Shown here in pieces: positions 61,417-64,000 of a stretch of 64,000 bases of DNA. The position numbers were made by a program, and so were the translations under genes. The first letter of the stretch is position 1. Each line of letters starts with the position of its first letter. Origin of the DNA: an uncultured bacterium. GTDB taxonomy: Bacteria; Krumholzibacteriota; Krumholzibacteriia; Krumholzibacteriales; Krumholzibacteriaceae. The stretch is taken from contig CAWFAD010000016.1 of NCBI GenBank assembly GCA_963813815.1, forward strand, positions 32,001 through 96,000. Reading direction: 5' to 3'. The notes beneath the pieces were generated by a model. That model made no database searches and was not told where the DNA came from. It worked only from the letters and a program-made list of their open reading frames with translations.

Positions 61417-63662
61417 AGAAAAACGGATGCAAGCAGGCTCCCGGGTTCCGGGGTGCCGCGACGGCCGCGGCGGCGCTCGCCGCCCTCGCCGCGTTCGCTT
61501 CCTGCGACGAAAGCCTCTATACGGGAACGATCAAGCCGAACGTCCCGCCCACGATCAAGCTCACGAGCGGCCCCCTCGAAGGGGACACGACCGCGTACGC
61601 CATCGACTTCAGCTGGGTGGGCAACGACAAGGACGGCACGATCGACCACTATGAATTCGCCATGTCGGCGGGGGATCCGATCGGCTTCGATCCGGCCGAC
61701 ACGACGGGTCCCGACCAGTGGACGAAAACGCGCGCGACGGACAGCCTCTTCAGGTTCACGGCCGACGAGGAGGCCGGGGACATTTGGTTCAGCACGAAGT
61801 ACTACACGCTCTACGAGAAGACGCACACGTTCTTCGTCAGGGCGATCGACGACCGCGGCGGCTGCTCGGAGACCGCGTATCGCTCGTTCACGGCGCAGAC
61901 GCTCGCCCCCTTCGCGGTCATCGACCTGCCGCGCTCGTTTCTCCCGGGCCAGACGCAGATCATGCCGCCGATCGTGCGCTTTCAGTGGCATTGTCTCGAT
62001 CCGATCGACACGCCGTGGAACACGCAGCAGGCGGATTCCGTCCGCTACCTGCTCACGCCGTACGACCGGAGCACGATCGAGAAGCTCAACGTGGAGCCCG
62101 CCACGTTCGAGGAGTACTGGAGCCGATGGAAGTCGTATGACGCCCCCGGAGATTCCGGAATCGCGACCGTCATCGGCGACGACGAGATGCTGAGCAAGAT
62201 GAGCAGCTACGTCTTCGCCGTTCAGGCGAAGGACGACGCGGGCGCGGTCACGGCGGTCTTCGATCCGGCGATGAACGTGCGCATCTTCGCCATTCTCCAG
62301 TCGGCGGGTCCGGAGCTCCGGGTGAGCGAGCCCTATCTCGGCTGGTGGCAGTACATCGGCATCGACAACCGGACGGAGGTGTTCCGGCTCCCGGCGGGGT
62401 TCGTGGTCCGCTTCAGCTGGTCGGCCGACGCGTCGAGCTACGGAGGGGAGATCGCCTCCTATCGCTACGGATGGGACATCGTCGATCTCAACGATCCGGG
62501 CGAGTGGGCGATCGATCCGAATCCCTTCGTGAAATCCGCTCCGCCCGTTTCGTTCGCCTCCGGCGTGCACACGCTCTACATCGAGGCGGTCGACAATAAC
62601 GGCGCCGCCACGATGGCCCAGATGGAGATCAACATCTTCGCCCTCAACATGACGCGCAACCTTCTCTGGATCGACGATTTCTACTCGACCGACACCTTCC
62701 AACAGGTGAACTACGGATTCCCGACCGAGACCGAGCACGACACCTTTTGGCTCGCGATCTGCTACCGGACGGTGGGCTTCAGCCCGGACATCGACGTGTA
62801 CGACTCGGCCCAGCGAGGCGCTTTGCCGCCCGACATCGAGCTCCTCTGGCGGTACAAGAACATCATCTGGAGCTATTCGTCCCTCGACGAGGTCAATGCG
62901 TGGGACAACATGGTCCGTTTCATACCGGAAAGCTGGATCACTTCGTCCACCACGCTCACGTTCAATTTTCTCTCGTACTACATGGCCTCCGGCGGGCACA
63001 TTTGGACCGAAGGCAAGTCGGACAAGCAGGGCGGCCTCATAGCCGTTCTGTTTCCGTACCGCCAGGTCGAGCCGATCAATCTCCGGTGCGAGATCACGGG
63101 CGTGCGCACGGGATGCGACGGCGACACGAGCGGGGTCAACTGCATCGCGTACAAGGATTACTGCGTTACGGTGCTCGACAAGATCGTGCCCAACGAGCGG
63201 ACCGACGAGATCATGCCCATCCGGCGGGTCGATTGGGACGCCATGACGTACGCCTACCGCGATCCGCGCGACGCGGTCACGCTCGCGCACCCGGCGCTCC
63301 CGACGACGCTCAAGCTCTGGGACAAGGTGACGGCGACGGGGATGTATTTCGATCCGGCCGTGCGGGGCTTCACGTACGGGGAAATCTACAACCCCGGCTA
63401 CTGGATGTCGGCCACCCTCGCGCGGACGCAGAGCTGCTTTCACCCCATGTACCGGATGAAGTCGCGCAACACCCTATCGGCGATCAACAACGCGACGATC
63501 GCCTTCTGGACGACGAAGTACGCCGACGTCGCCGCTCCCGCGGAGGGCGCCATCCCCGCGCCGAGCGTCCACTTCGGCGTGCCGCTCTGGTTCTTCAACC
63601 GCTCACAGGTCGACTCCATCGCCGACACCGTTTTTCGAGAATGGAGAATCAGCTCCCGCTAG
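61413..63662 (+). CDS. Large lipoprotein with repeated Ig/FN3-like domains
   Basis: Real start MKKNG at 61413 (ATGA overlap) inside the 59178 ORF. Lipobox FASC; repeated FSW.G.D.DG.I..Y and HTF.VRA.DD motifs. Confidence 0.75.
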   Translation: MKKNGCKQAPGFRGAATAAAALAALAAFASCDESLYTGTIKPNVPPTIKLTSGPLEGDTTAYAIDFSWVGNDKDGTIDHYEFAMSAGDPIGFDPADTTGPDQWTKTRATDSLFRFTADEEAGDIWFSTKYYTLYEKTHTFFVRAIDDRGGCSETAYRSFTAQTLAPFAVIDLPRSFLPGQTQIMPPIVRFQWHCLDPIDTPWNTQQADSVRYLLTPYDRSTIEKLNVEPATFEEYWSRWKSYDAPGDSGIATVIGDDEMLSKMSSYVFAVQAKDDAGAVTAVFDPAMNVRIFAILQSAGPELRVSEPYLGWWQYIGIDNRTEVFRLPAGFVVRFSWSADASSYGGEIASYRYGWDIVDLNDPGEWAIDPNPFVKSAPPVSFASGVHTLYIEAVDNNGAATMAQMEINIFALNMTRNLLWIDDFYSTDTFQQVNYGFPTETEHDTFWLAICYRTVGFSPDIDVYDSAQRGALPPDIELLWRYKNIIWSYSSLDEVNAWDNMVRFIPESWITSSTTLTFNFLSYYMASGGHIWTEGKSDKQGGLIAVLFPYRQVEPINLRCEITGVRTGCDGDTSGVNCIAYKDYCVTVLDKIVPNERTDEIMPIRRVDWDAMTYAYRDPRDAVTLAHPALPTTLKLWDKVTATGMYFDPAVRGFTYGEIYNPGYWMSATLARTQSCFHPMYRMKSRNTLSAINNATIAFWTTKYADVAAPAEGAIPAPSVHFGVPLWFFNRSQVDSIADTVFREWRISSR

Positions 63663-64000
63663 CCGCCGGGCCCGGCCGCGGCGGCCGCGACCGCGGGGCC
63701 GCGGGGTCCTGCCGGTAAAAGCGGGCGAGGAGCCCGTAGAGCCCCGGGTGGCGGGATTTGAGGTCGGCGGGCCTTTCGAAAAACGTCTCCGTGAGCACGG
63801 CGAAGAACTCGGCGGGACTCTCGGCGCCGTACCAGTCGAGCAGCGTCGGAACCCTCTTGCCGGCTTTCTTCCCGAGCGCCTCGAACTCCCGCGCGAACTC
63901 GCCCGCCCATTCGTCGGCGAGCTCCCTGTCGTCGAGTCTCGGCGTGCCGTCGGCGATTCCCGCCTCGTCGTCGAGCTGGTGGGCGAACTCGTGAAACATG
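63649..64000 (-). CDS. MtfA/M90-family Zn-dependent peptidase (5' end outside the window)
   Basis: HEFAHQLD, LDWYGAESPAEFFAVLTETFFERP, FYRQDP. Confidence 0.85.
   Translation of the reverse strand, partial: MFHEFAHQLDDEAGIADGTPRLDDRELADEWAGEFAREFEALGKKAGKRVPTLLDWYGAESPAEFFAVLTETFFERPADLKSRHPGLYGLLARFYRQDPAAPRSRPPRPGPAASGS

Overview
High-GC bacterial chromosome segment spanning the replication origin. The secreted proteins with T9SS/FlgD-like C-termini suggest an FCB-group lineage such as Krumholzibacteriota/Latescibacterota (inference only). The core origin cluster is hflX-gyrA-gyrB-DUF721-recF-dnaN-oriC-dnaA on the minus strand, then rpmH-rnpA-yidD-yidC-jag-mnmE-mnmG-parS-rsmG-parS-lipoprotein-parA-parB-M23-bactofilin on the plus strand. 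The left part holds a probable UGA-recoded (selenocysteine) DUF1573-like exported protein with a TlpA-type thioredoxin; gdhA with two PEP-synthase-like ATP-grasp proteins (one carrying a nucleotidyltransferase domain) and a metallophosphoesterase; an IscS homologue lacking the PLP lysine with IscU and NadA; a porin; a nucleotidyltransferase/small-protein pair; and a split corrinoid methyltransferase module. It also holds a cas-less type I-C-like CRISPR array of 32 repeat units that sits, via a duplicated 13-bp core, inside the apparent 5' UTR of an M49-like peptidase gene. The right part holds a sigma54-type hsp20, polX, an ABC exporter and two large secreted proteins. Several indels in conserved genes and oddly composed spacers point to long-read consensus errors, so structural claims need read-level checks.
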